Shown one piece after another: positions 11,801 to 23,223 of a DNA stretch of 64,000 bases (its first letter is position 1; each line of letters opens with the position of its first letter). The DNA comes from the human T2T-CHM13v2.0 reference genome, Homo sapiens. The stretch lies in NCBI RefSeq assembly GCF_009914755.1, contig NC_060926.1. One strand, written 5' to 3'. The notes beneath the pieces are model-generated. The model searched no databases. It was given only the letters and a program-made list of their open reading frames with translations, and was not told the DNA's origin. The position numbers were made by a program, and so were the translations under genes.

Positions 11801-14320
11801 GCTGCCTCTGCCTAGAAAAACAGTAAACCAGAAACCATATCACACCCCTGTAGGGACTGCAGAAATTAGTGCCACCATGAAGGACTTGAAAGATGCAGGG
11901 GTGGTGATTCCAACCACAACCCTGTTCAACTCTCCTATTTGGTCTGTGCAGAAGACAGGTGGATCTTGGAGAATGACAGTGGATTATTGTATGCTTAACC
12001 AAGTTGTGTCTGCAGTTGAAGCTATTGTACTAGATGTGGTTTCATTGCTTGAGCAAATTAACACATCTCCTGGTACCTGGTAATGCAGCCATTGACTTGG
12101 CAAATGCCTTTTTCTCCATTCCTGTCCATAAGGCCCACAGAAGCAGCAATATATTTTTACTGTCCTACCTTAGGGGTATATCAGCTTTCTGGCTTTGTGT
12201 CATATTCTTATTTGGAGAGTCTTTGATTGCTTTTCACTTCCATAAGGTATCACACTGGTCCATTACATTAATGACATTATGCTGATTGGATCCAGTGAGC
12301 AAGAAGTAGCAAACACATTGGACTTATTGGTGAGACATTAGCATGCCAGAGGATGGGAAATAAATTTGACTAAAATTCAGGGATCTTCTATCTCAGTAAA
12401 ATTTCTAGGGGTTTAGTGATGTGGGGCCTGTCAAGATATTCCTTCCAAGGTGAAGGATAAGTTGTTGCATTTGGCCCATCCTACAACCAAGAAAGAGGCA
12501 CAACATCTAGTAGGCCTATTTGGATTTTGGAGGCAACATATTCCTTATTTGGGTGTGTTACTCTGGCCCATTTATCGAGTGACCTGAAAGGCTCCCAGTT
12601 TTGAATCAGGTCAAGAACAAGATAAGTCTCTGAAAGGCCCAGGCTGCTGTGCAAGCTGCTCTGACACTTGGGCCATATGACCCAGCAGATCCAATGGTCC
12701 TTCAGGTGTCAGTGGCAGACAGGGATGCTGTTGGGAGCCTTTGGCGGGCCTGCATACGTGAATCACAGCAGAGGCATCTAGGATTTTGGAGCAAGGCCCT
12801 GCCATCTTCTGCAGATAACTACTTTCCTTTTGAGAGACAGCTCTTGGCCTGTTACTGAGCTTTGGTGAAAACTGAATGTTTGACTATAGATCATCAAGTC
12901 ACCATGCAACCTGAACTGGGTGCTTTCTGACCCATCTAGCCATAGAGTGGGTCATGCACAGCAGCATTCCATCATCAAATGGAAGTGGTACATACATGAT
13001 CGGGCTCAAGCAGGTCCTAAAGGCACAAGTAAGTTACATGAGGAAGTGAGGCAAATGCCCATGGTCTCCACTCCTGCTACCCTGCTTTCTCTCCCGCAGC
13101 CTGCACCAATGGCCTCATGGGGAGTTTCCTATGATCAGTGGACAGAGGAAGAGAAGACTATGGCCTGGTTCACAGACGGTTCTTCACGATATGCTAGCAC
13201 CACCCGAAACTGGACAGCTGCAGCACTACAGTCCCTTTCTAGGATATCCCTGAAGGATAGCTGTGAAGGGAAATCTTCCCAGTGGGCAGAGCTTCCAGCA
13301 GTGCACCTGGTTGTGCACTTTGCACGGAAGGAGAAATGGCCAGATGTGTGACTATATACTGATTCATGAACTGTAGCCAATGGTTTGGCTGGATTGTCAG
13401 GAACTTGGAAGAGGCATGATCGGAAAATTGGTGACAAAGAAATTTGGGAAAGAGGTATGTGGATGGACCTGTTTGGTCAAAAACTGTGAAGATATTTGTA
13501 TCCCCATGAGTGCTCACCAATGAGTGACCTCAGCAGACGAGGATATTAATAATCGAGTGGATAGGATGATCTGTTCTGTGGACACCACTCAGCCTCATTC
13601 CCCAGCCACCCGTGTCATGGAGGCAAGGATGGAGGTTATGCATGGGCTCAGCAACATGGACTTTCACTCACCAAGGTTGACCTGGCTATGGCCACTGCTG
13701 AGTGCCCAATTTGCCAGCAGCAGAGACCAACACTGAGCCCTCGATATGGCACCATTCCTCAGGGTGATCAGCCAGCTACCTGGTGGCAGGTTGATTATAT
13801 GGGACCTCTTCCATCATGGAAAGGGCAGAGGTTTGTCCTCACTGGAATAGACACTTATTCTGAATATGGGTTGTTTGCCTGTCTTGTACTCTATGCTTCT
13901 GCTAAGACTACCATCCATGGACTCTCGAAATGCCTTATCCACCATCACCGTATTCTACAAAGCTTTGCTGCTGTCCAAGGCACTTACTTTATGGCTAAAG
14001 AAGTGCAGCAGTAGGCTCATGCTCATGGAATTCACTGGTCTTACCATGTTCCCCATTATCCTGAAGCAGCTGGATTGACAGAATGGCGAAATGGCCTTTT
14101 GAAGTCACAATTGCAATGCCAACTAGGTAATAATACTTTTCAGGGCTGGGTCAAAGTTCTTCAAAAGGCTGTGTATTCTCAGAATCAGTGTCCAATATAT
14201 GGTACTGTTTCTCCCATAGCCAGGATTCATGGGTCCAGTAATCAAGGGGTGAAAGTGGAAGTGGCAGCAATCACCATCACCCCTAGTGATTCACTAGCAA
14301 AATTTTTGCTTCCTGTTTCT
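11801..14320 (+). pseudogene. pol: HERV-L pol remnant (RT, tether, RNase H, integrase), frameshifted and stopped
   Basis: RT 'FNSPIWSVQKTGGSWRMTVDY', 'AAIDLANAFFSIPV', HYINDIML at 12261-12284; RNase H 'AWFTDGS', 'SQWAEL'; IN 'CPICQ', 'WWQVDYMGPLP', 'GIDTYS'. Confidence 0.93.
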
Positions 14321-14660
14321 GCGACATTACATTCTGCTGGCCTAGAAGTCTTAGTTCCAGAGGGAGGAACACTGCCACTAGGAGACACAACAATGTTTAC
14401 ATTAAACTGAAAGTTAAGATTGCCACCTGGACACTTTGGATTCTTCCCACCTTTAAGACAACAGACTAAGAAGGGAGTTACAGTGTTGGCTGGGATGATT
14501 GACCCAGACTATCAAGACGAAATTAGTCTACTACTCCACAACAGAGGTAAGAAAGAGTAGGCATGGAATACAGGAGATCTATTAGGGTGTCGCTTAGTAT
14601 TACCATGCCATGTGATTAAGGTCAGTGGAAAACTATAACAGCTCAATCCAGGCAGGACTA
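14321..14660 (+). pseudogene. dut: HERV-L dUTPase remnant
   Basis: 'SAGLEVLVPEGGTLPLGDT...KLRLPPGHFG...GVTVLAGMIDPDYQDEI' holds dUTPase motifs; position after integrase is diagnostic of ERV-L; stop at 14408. Confidence 0.85.
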
Positions 14661-15098
14661 CAAATGACCCAGACCCTTCAGGAATGAAGGTTTGGGTCAC
14701 TCCACCAGGAAAAAAACCACGATCTGCTGAGGTACTTGCTGAAGGCAAAGGGAATACAGAATGGGTAGCAGAAGAAGGTAGTCATCAATACAAGCTATGA
14801 GAACATGACCAGCTGCAGAAACAAGGACTATAATTGTCATGAGTATTTCCTCCTCCTTTTGTTAAAAACATGATTGTGCATGTATACTCTTATACTAAGA
14901 AAATATCTTCATTTTATTTCCTTTAACTGTTGTTAGCTTTATGTAGTAGCATTTGGGTTGGGGACTCGTGCATTTCTAGTTGTACGAAGGATAGTTGTAT
15001 TATGTTATTTGTAATTATGACCTTATTACTGTCTTTATTTGAAGATTATATGTGATCTCAGGAGATGTGTATGGGTTCAAGTTGACAAGGGATGGACT

Positions 15099-15672
15099 TA
15101 TGATGGTTAATACGGAGTGTCAACTTGATTGGATTGAAGGATGCAAAGTACTGATCCTAGGTATGTCTGTGAGGGTGTTCCCAAAGGAGACTAACATTTG
15201 AGTCAGTGGGCTGGGGAAGGTAGACTCACCCTCAATCTGAGTGGGTACCATCTAATCAGCTGCCAGCAAGTATAATGTAGGGAAAAAAACATGAAAAGGT
15301 TAGACTGGCCCAGCCTCCTAGCCTACCTCTTTCTCCCATGCTGGATGCTTCCTGCCCTCAAACATCAGACTGCAAGTTCTTCAGCTTTGGGACTTGGACT
15401 GGCTTCCTTGCTCCTCAGCTTGCAGAAGGCCTATTATGGGACCTTGCGATTATGTGAATTAATACTACGTAAGAAACTCATATATATGTATGAGTATTAA
15501 GTGTGTGTATATATAAATTATAAATTTATATATACAAATTATAAAAACTCATACATATATGAGTTTCTTATGTACATATATACACACACTTACTAAACTC
15601 ATATATATAGATAGATAGATAGATAGATATCTCCTATTAGCTCTGTCTCTCTAGAGAACCCTGAGTAATAAA
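15099..15672 (+). mobile_element. 3' LTR (MLT2A1-like)
   Basis: Starts TATGATGGTTAATAC, ends CTAGAGAACCCTGAGTAATAAA followed by TSD; poly(A) signal position reads AAGAAA; internal TA/TAGA tract. Confidence 0.95.
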
Positions 15673-15819
15673 GCTACCTTCAATAAGCTTCTTTGCTCTA
15701 TGGGGATATTTGTCTATCAAGTCCTGGATGCCTGATAAGCCCTCTAGCTTTTCTAGTTATTCTAGGTAGAAGCATTAATTTAATATGTTACAGTGTCATA
15801 ATCAGAAGCTAAAGCCTAC

Positions 15820-16370
15820 ACATTGGATTTTAGTTGGTGCTTTCTCTGTACTTACTGAAATAACCATATAGTTTTATATGTTTATTTTTTAAATCTGGTA
15901 AATTATGTTATGAAATTATAATTTCAACACATGCTTGTATTCCTAAATAACACCAAATTTAAATTATATATGAATAGATAAATATACATTGTAATATATT
16001 TTTATCAGTATATATAATAATATTTTTGCTGCATTGGGCTTACAATATTGCATATAATTTTGTCTTCTGAAAGAGTTTAGATAAAGACTGAAATTATCTT
16101 TTCTCATCATTTGTTAAAGCTATATAACCTGGTATGAATTTTGGGGGATAGATTTTAAATGATGGATGTAATTTCTTTTGATGGTTATAGATTTATATAG
16201 GTTTTTAAATTCTTTTTGAGCAATAAGTGATATTTTTCTAAGAAATTACCCATTTTGTCTATGTTTCAAATTTATTCTCATAAATTTATTCTTTGATATT
16301 ATTTTGCTTTTATCTTTTATTTAATAGACTTACTATTAGAGTTCACTCTTTTTTATTGTTACTATTATTA
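15820..16370 (-). mobile_element. Old L1M ORF2 fragment
   Basis: 'ttggattttagttggtgctttctctgtacttactgaaataaccatatag' resembles antisense L1 RT region; strongly diverged. Confidence 0.55.
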
Positions 16371-16377
16371 TACGGTT

Positions 16378-18581
16378 AATTTTTCTTGCTGATTTGTTTG
16401 GGTTCCTTGAAGATTCTGGATATTAGTCATTTAGTTCGAATGCGTAGTTTGCAAAAAATTTCTCCCACTCTGAGGGTTATTTACTTTGCTGATTTTTTTT
16501 CTGTGCAGAAGTATTTTAGTTTAATTAGATCGCATTTATTTGTTTTTATTTTTGTTACATTTGCTTTTGGGTTCTTAGTCATGGATTCTTTGTCTGGAAG
16601 CCAAATGTCTAGAAGTTTTTCCCATAGTATCTTCTAGAATTTTTATGGTTTCAGGTCTTAGATTTACATCTTTGATCCATCTTGAGTTGATTTTTGTATA
16701 AGGTGAGAGAAGAGGATCCAGTTTCATTCTTCTACATGTGGCTTGCCAGTTTTCCCAGCACTATTTATTGAATTGGGTGTCCTTTCCCCACTTTGTGTTT
16801 TTGTTTGCTTTGTTGAAGATCAGTTGGCTGTAAGTATTTGGCTTTATTTCTGGGTTCTCAATTCTGTTCCATTTGTCTATGTGCCTATTTTTATATTATA
16901 CCAGTACTATGCTGTTTTGGTGACTATAGCCTTGTAGTATAGTTCGAAGTAGGATAATGGGATGCCTCCAGATTTGTTCTTTTTGCTTAGTCTTGCTTTG
17001 GCTATGAAGGCTCTTTTCTCATTCCATATGAATTTTAGGATTTTTTTTTCTAGTTCTGTGAAGAATGATGATGGTATTTTGATGGGAACTGCATTGACTC
17101 TGTAGATTGCTTTTGGCAGTATGGTCATTTTCACAATATCGATTCTACCCATTCATGAGCATGAGATGTTTCCATTTCTGTCATCTATGATTTCTTTCAG
17201 CAGTGTTTTGTAGTTTTCCTTGTAAAGATATTTCACTTTCTCCATTAACTATATTCCTAAGTATTTTATTTTTGTTGCAGCTGTTGTAAAAGGGATTGAG
17301 TTCTTGATTTGATTCTCAGCTTGGTTGTTGTTGTCGTGTAACAGTGCAACTGATTTGCGTAGATTGATTTTGATTCCTGAGACTTTACTGAATTTGTTTA
17401 TCAGGTCTAGGAGCTTTTTGGATGAGTCTTTAGGGTTTTCTAGGTATACAATCATATAATTGGCAAATGGTGACAGTTTAACTTTCTTTTTTGGATGCCC
17501 TTTATTTCTTTATCTTGTCTGATTGTTCTGGTTAGTACTTCCAGTAATATATTGAATAGATGTGGTGGAAGTGGGCATGCTTGTCTGGTTCCAGTTCTCA
17601 GAGGGAATGCTTTCAACCTTTCCCCATTCAGTATGATGTTGGCTGTGGGTTTGTCATAGATGGCTTTTATTACTTTGAGGTGTTTCCTTTCTGTGCCAAT
17701 TTTTGGAGGGTTTTTATCATAAAGGGATGCTGGATTTTGTCAAATGCTTTTTGTTGTCTTTTGAGATGATCATATAATTTTTGTTTTTAATTCTGTTTAT
17801 GTGATGCATGACATTTATTGACTTGCGTATGTTAAAAGATCCCTGCTATGAAGCCCACTTGATCATGATGTATTATCTTTTTTGATATGCTGTTAGATTC
17901 AGTTAGCTAGTATTTTGTTGAGGATTTTTGCATCTATGTTCATCAGGGATTTTGGTCTCTAGTTTTCTTTTGTAGTTATGTCCTTTCCGAATTTTGGTAT
18001 TAGGTTATACTGGTTTCATAGAAAGAGGAAGGATTCCCTCTTTCTCTGTCTTTTGGAATAGTTTCAGTAGGATTGGTAACCGTTCTCCTTTGACTGTCTG
18101 ATAGAATTCAGCTGTAAATACTCCTGGTCCTGGACTTTCTTTTGTTGGCATTTTTTTTTATTACTGATTCAATCTTGCTGCTTGTTATTGACCAATAACA
18201 AGAGTTTCTTTTTCTTCCTCATTTAATCTAGTAAGGTTGTATATTTCCAGTAATTTTCCATCTCTTCTAGATGTTCTAATTTGTGTGCATAAAGGTGTTC
18301 ATAGTAGCCTTGAATGATCTTTTGTATTTTTGTGGTATTGGTTGTAATATCCCCCATTTTATTTCTAATTCAGCTTATTTGGATCTTCTCTCTTCTTTTC
18401 TTGGTTAAGCTTGCTAATGGTCTATCAAGTTTGTTTATCTTTTCAAATAACTAGTTTTGTGTTTCATTTATCTTTTGTATTTTTTGTTTCAATTTTATTT
18501 AGTTCTGCTCTCATCTCTGTTATTTCTTTTCGTCTGCTGGGCTTGGGTTTAGTTTTTTCTTGTTTCTCTGGTTCCTTCAGG
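16378..18581 (-). mobile_element. Primate L1 (L1PB-like) internal ORF2 fragment
   Basis: Minus-strand ORFs 16907-17152 ([17 protein letters not shown]...) and 17249-17455 ([16 protein letters not shown]...) are L1 ORF2p; FADD has decayed to FANY. Confidence 0.93.
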
Positions 18582-19190
18582 TCTTATACTTCTTTTCTAT
18601 CTCTTTGTCCCTCTATGGTAAATTCTGGGTAATTTCTTCAGATATCTTCCAGCTCACTAATTATGTATAATTTCTTGAGTAATCTATCCAGTAATTTAAA
18701 AATTTTGTGTATTTATTTACTTCTATAAAGTTATCTGCCTTTTTCCACATATGCCTTGTCTTTTTTAATTGTATCCTAATTTTTGCTTATATTCCCCATT
18801 CTGTATTATATTTAAAAATATATTTTATACATACTCATTTTTAAATCTGTATTTAAAAGTTCTTATGAGAATAATCCTCCTGTTGTTTTTGCTGACTCAT
18901 ATTTTGGCCAGATAAGTATGCTGACTCATATTTATTTCAACATAGGAAAACATGGTGTGTGATTTGTTAACTCTTGGTTGGCTTTATTTGTGAGAATGCT
19001 ACAAATTTTAATTTGTGGATACTTTCATTTAGAAACAATTTGGGATATTTATTAACCAGAGATAACTTTACTTCTAAATTGAGGTTTTCATAGATTAATC
19101 AGCTGTAAATCTGAATTCCACTATTACATGGAGAAAGTGCTATGGCTTAAAAATTCTGATAGAATACTTTCCTTATCTAGAGCCAAGGCT
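18582..19190 (-). mobile_element. Old L1M ORF1/5' region fragment
   Basis: 'attctgggtaatttcttcagatatcttccagctcactaatt' is typical antisense L1M ORF1. Confidence 0.55.
18890..18933. promoter_or_regulatory. Candidate tandem NF-E2/CNC-sMaf (AP-1-containing) sites flanking a GATA site
   Basis: TGCTGACTCAT at 18890-18900 and 18919-18929; AGATAAG at 18910-18916. Motif match only. Confidence 0.4.
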
Positions 19191-19192
19191 TT

Positions 19193-19927
19193 TGATAGTG
19201 ACAGGAGGCAGACACATCCTAGGCAGACAGGGACAGGTCCCTGGTAAAACCCCACCATCAAGCTGAAGACAGTTGAAAGCCTAGCTTCAAGTCCTGGGGT
19301 AAATCCATGGACTGGATTGAGAAACTCTCTTCCTGTTTGGCACACTTTCCTCTGATTGATACCCAACCTTCACCTATTTTACATATGCCTACTCTTCCCT
19401 AATTGTTTTGTTACACTGTCATGCCAACCTTTGAGTGGAGCCTTTGTTTTAGCCTTTTTTTTTTTTTTTGCATACTGACAAACCAAGCAGCACACACCCC
19501 CTATTCTGAGCACATAAAAGCCCCAGACCCAGCCACACTGGGGGGAGAAACCAATTGACTTCAGGTGTTAGACAACCCTCATGTCTCCTCTCCACTGAGA
19601 GTTCAATAAAATTCTTCTCTGCTCTCCTCATCCTTCAATTGTCAGTCTATCCTCATTCTTCTTGGATGTGGAACTAGAACTCAAAAGGCCCACCGAACAT
19701 GAGTACAAAGTAAGTAGTAACACTGTGGCCCCCTGATCTCTCCTAGTGGAGGGCTGCTGCCCTATGTGATGGGAAGCAGTGGCAGAACTGAGCCAGCCCC
19801 AGAGCTGTGGCCCAGAGTAGGGTAACGGGGCTGACAGAGCTGTTAACACACTGTCATCTGTCTGGGCAGAGGCATTGCCAGACAGAGGTCTCTGGCTGGC
19901 AAAGTGACTGAGAAAAATCCTTCGTCA
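19193..19927 (+). mobile_element. ERV1 solo LTR (LTR27/LTR28-like)
   Basis: TG...CA termini (TGATAGTGACAGGAGGCAGAC ... GAGAAAAATCCTTCGTCA), TATA-like CATAAAAG near 19513, AATAAA near 19605; flanks CTTT/TTTT. Confidence 0.8.
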
Positions 19928-20334
19928 TTTTGATAGTAAGTTTTCTGGTCACCTCTTGGAAAACAAGTAATTTTAATTTTTTTTAACTTTTTACTAAAAG
20001 GAGCTCTTTAACAGATTCAGATATATTCAATGGTCTAGGTTTCTACTTTGCAACGAATACAGATAGTTCTCATACCCCTGGCCTACACCCACATGTTACT
20101 CACATCTGCAAATGTCCTCAAGGCAGATGCCTGGAAAACTAATCCTAATCACTCTTGTTTCCAGTTACCTTTTCATGTATTTGTTTCTATATTATTAAAA
20201 TATCAGATATAGATTTCAAAAAATATTTGGAAGGCCTGATGTAGTATTTCTAGGTTCTTATTATAAGATAATTTTCCAGGATATCTAACCTACCACATTA
20301 TAAAAATAAATTGATTTCTAACATTCCACATTGA

Positions 20335-20482
20335 TATTTTTATCTGTTTACAGATCTGTCTTTTCTAGAGAGATAATAAATTTCCTGAAGGCAGAAAGGG
20401 TATGGTATTCATTGTTATAAATCCTGAACCTAGCATGTGTCTGATTAATATATAGTAAATGCTATATGATTGTTGAATTAAT
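20335..20482 (+). mobile_element. L2 3' terminus
   Basis: 'taaatttcctgaaggcagaaaggg...cctagcatgtgtctg...atagtaaatgctatatgattgttgaattaat' is the L2 3' end. Confidence 0.7.
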
Positions 20483-22688
20483 GTCTCCTTTCTTAAGATA
20501 GATATCTTTTTAGTCTTATGTTATAAATTAAGTCATAATATATTAAGAATGAAAGTTTATATAGTTATGTTCTAATGATTGATGTCACTATTTTTATCTT
20601 TCTAACAGCTGTTAATCAACATAGATTTATTCCTCTATCATTTCATGTTAAAATCATACTTTTTAAATATCAGTGATTATATCTTACATATCGTAAATAT
20701 TTTTATCAATCTCAATAAAACACATGAGTAATTCTATGTGTCAAGACTAAAAGCAAATCAATAGTACAAATTTAATCATTAATTTATTCTCAGTTATTTC
20801 AATATTCCAGTTTCTTTGAAAGAAACAATTATCTATGGAGCATTTATCTCAGTACCTTGCCACTGTAATTAAACATACATTTAAAAAATATTTCTTAATA
20901 ATAGAAAAAAATGGGCTAATCTTCCACATATAAAAGGAAGAATTATAATGGAAATATAAAGAACATTTAATAAATAGGATAATTTTTATAGTCATAATGG
21001 AACATTTACAAAGGAAAGAAAGCTAAGTGTAGGGAATGGACTACATGTCATTATTAGTGAGGTTCTTTTTTTAAAGTCTATTCCTTTGCATGGTTTTGGA
21101 CATTTTTCTAATTTTTTTATTTATCTTATTTATGAAATTGGGAAGATCTTTCTTGATGGAGAAAGATGCAAAAGACAATAAATAGAATTATTATTAAACA
21201 AAATACTGAGGTTATACCAATGCCTACTGGAATACAGTATAACTAATTTTAGATTTAACTCCCCTCTAAATTCCACAAATTTGGGCAGATTTTTACTATA
21301 TCTCAAAGTTCTCTTTTTGTTGTGTAATTTCAAGTTATGCTACATCTATTGTCATGATAGACTCACTGAGATTATTGGTTCTCTCTAATTATAAAGTCCC
21401 CTTAGAGGGGAAAACAGAAATTTAGGTGAATTATCAGTGTCTGAAGTGGTGGGTACAACAATAATACAAAATGACATGCTCAGGACTGTTGATTCATTTC
21501 AAAGAATGTTTGGCATTTTTTCTCTGCAATTGAAATTTGAAAGTAATTAATCACTTAGGCTAGAAATAGAGATTCCAATTATTCAAAAATCCTTATTGAG
21601 CACATGCTATGTTCTTGGTCCATGCCATAAGAAACAGACCATAACAAACAGCTTCCACTCAAATGTACAAATAAACAAACAATTCTATTTTGTCATTGGA
21701 ACCCTGGCATATATAAATAGGCATATTTGGTAGGCCCAAAGAAAGTGAATTATGAATGGAAATAGTCCTATGAGAAGAAATTGACCATATATCAAAAGTG
21801 GAACACAAGGTCTGTTATAATGAGTTAAATTGATGCAGAGAATAAAATATTTCAGTGAAAGTACTGGATCTGGGTAAGGACTGACTTTTATCAGGCAAAA
21901 TCCTTTGTGATTTGGAAAATAAAATAGCATGTGGCACCTGAAAGAAAAGGAGCTGTCTTACTAAAGTTCAAAATGTTTTAGGAGTCTGAATCCCTCCTCA
22001 CATCAGTAGCCGTGAATAACAAATATACGGGAGGAAGTCATTCATTTTCTTCCCAAGATACTGCCAAACTTATGTATCACTTTAAGAATTGAAAACATCG
22101 GTACCTGTAGTAATAGTTCCTTAAATAAAACCAAAGCTAGTGGAAGTAATGATGGTGGTTCTGAGTCAGGTCATCAGCAAATGGCAGCATGTGTTGATTT
22201 GTATATGCAAATAAGATATCTTTTCCAGGAACATTGAAAAACCTAGAGCAGACAATGAAGTTGATAATAAACAATTTGTTGCTATGCATTTAAAGCCTAG
22301 GAACAATGATAATGTGGACATTGAGTTATAAGAGTCTTCATATTTACCCAAATTCTGTTAAGGCTGGATACATTTGAATTGCATATATGACCTGCCTGAT
22401 TTTCATCTCACTCCTGATAACAAACATCTATTGCACACAATAGTTGGTTATAAAATAATACTTTGCATACAGCACCAAAGTGTTCCTATAACTATATTAA
22501 AAGAGCTGAATCAAAATACTCTCTATGTAAGGATCTTGTAGTGATATACTCAGCCTTGGCATCCATAAGAAGATACTTCATAGGAAACATGATATTGAGC
22601 AATCTTTTGAAAAATATGAGCATTCTTACTACTTCCTTTTATCCAGGAAGAGGTCAGGTGTTATTAAAGAGACAGTATACTGTGCAAG

Positions 22689-22733
<45 letters not shown>
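22689..22733. repeat. (AT)n(GT)n compound microsatellite
   Basis: Read directly. Confidence 0.95.
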
Positions 22734-22734
<1 letters not shown>

Positions 22735-23223
22735 CAGTATGCTATGCAAGATATATATAAATATATAAAATGGGTTAAGACTATGTTGGCATATTACTTT
22801 AGAATAAAAGCTGAAGAGGAAACAATTTATGGTAAACCCAATCACATATACAAATTAATGAACATATTAAACACCAATTTTGATAAACATGGTTTTCTCA
22901 TAATTGTTTGACATATAATTCAGTGATACTGGTGTTTGTTTGTTTTTTGATGGTTTCCTAAATAAATAAAAAAATGAGACTCCTACACTCCCCCATTTGC
23001 CACATAGAGTAGGATACTATCTTACAAATAAAGGTCTGCAAAAATTGACAATGGTGTGCAAATCCTCATTTAGCTATTGTATCCATGAATGTTAATTAAA
23101 GATTCTCTTAGAAAGAAGTTCAAGATTAGAATAGTATCATCTTTTCAAATTAAATTTTTCAAATATAAAAAGACAAAATCATATAAATAGCCATAAAGGA
23201 AAAATATTTACTCTTGGTCTAGT

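Larger units (their letters stand above)
8458..15672 (+). mobile_element. HERV-L provirus (class III ERV), two MLT2A1-type LTRs, env-less, rearranged at the 5' end
   Basis: Homologous LTRs at 8458 and 15099; TSD GCTAC at 8453-8457 and 15673-15677; internal order gag-pro-RT-RNaseH-IN-dUTPase; purine tract just before the 3' LTR. Confidence 0.97.

Noticed and set aside
11472-12083. 203-aa protease/RT ORF as a domesticated gene
   Set aside because: It starts at a GTG within pro, ends in a frameshift and stop early in RT, and the rest of pol has dead catalytic residues.
14660-15098. Possible env gene before the 3' LTR
   Set aside because: Only ~440 bp with no env-like ORF; ERV-L elements lack env.
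19190-19937. TTTTGATAGT at both ends of the ERV1 LTR as a 10-bp TSD
   Set aside because: The left copy overlaps the LTR's own TGATAG start and ERV1 TSDs are ~4 bp; probably a 4-bp TSD plus chance.
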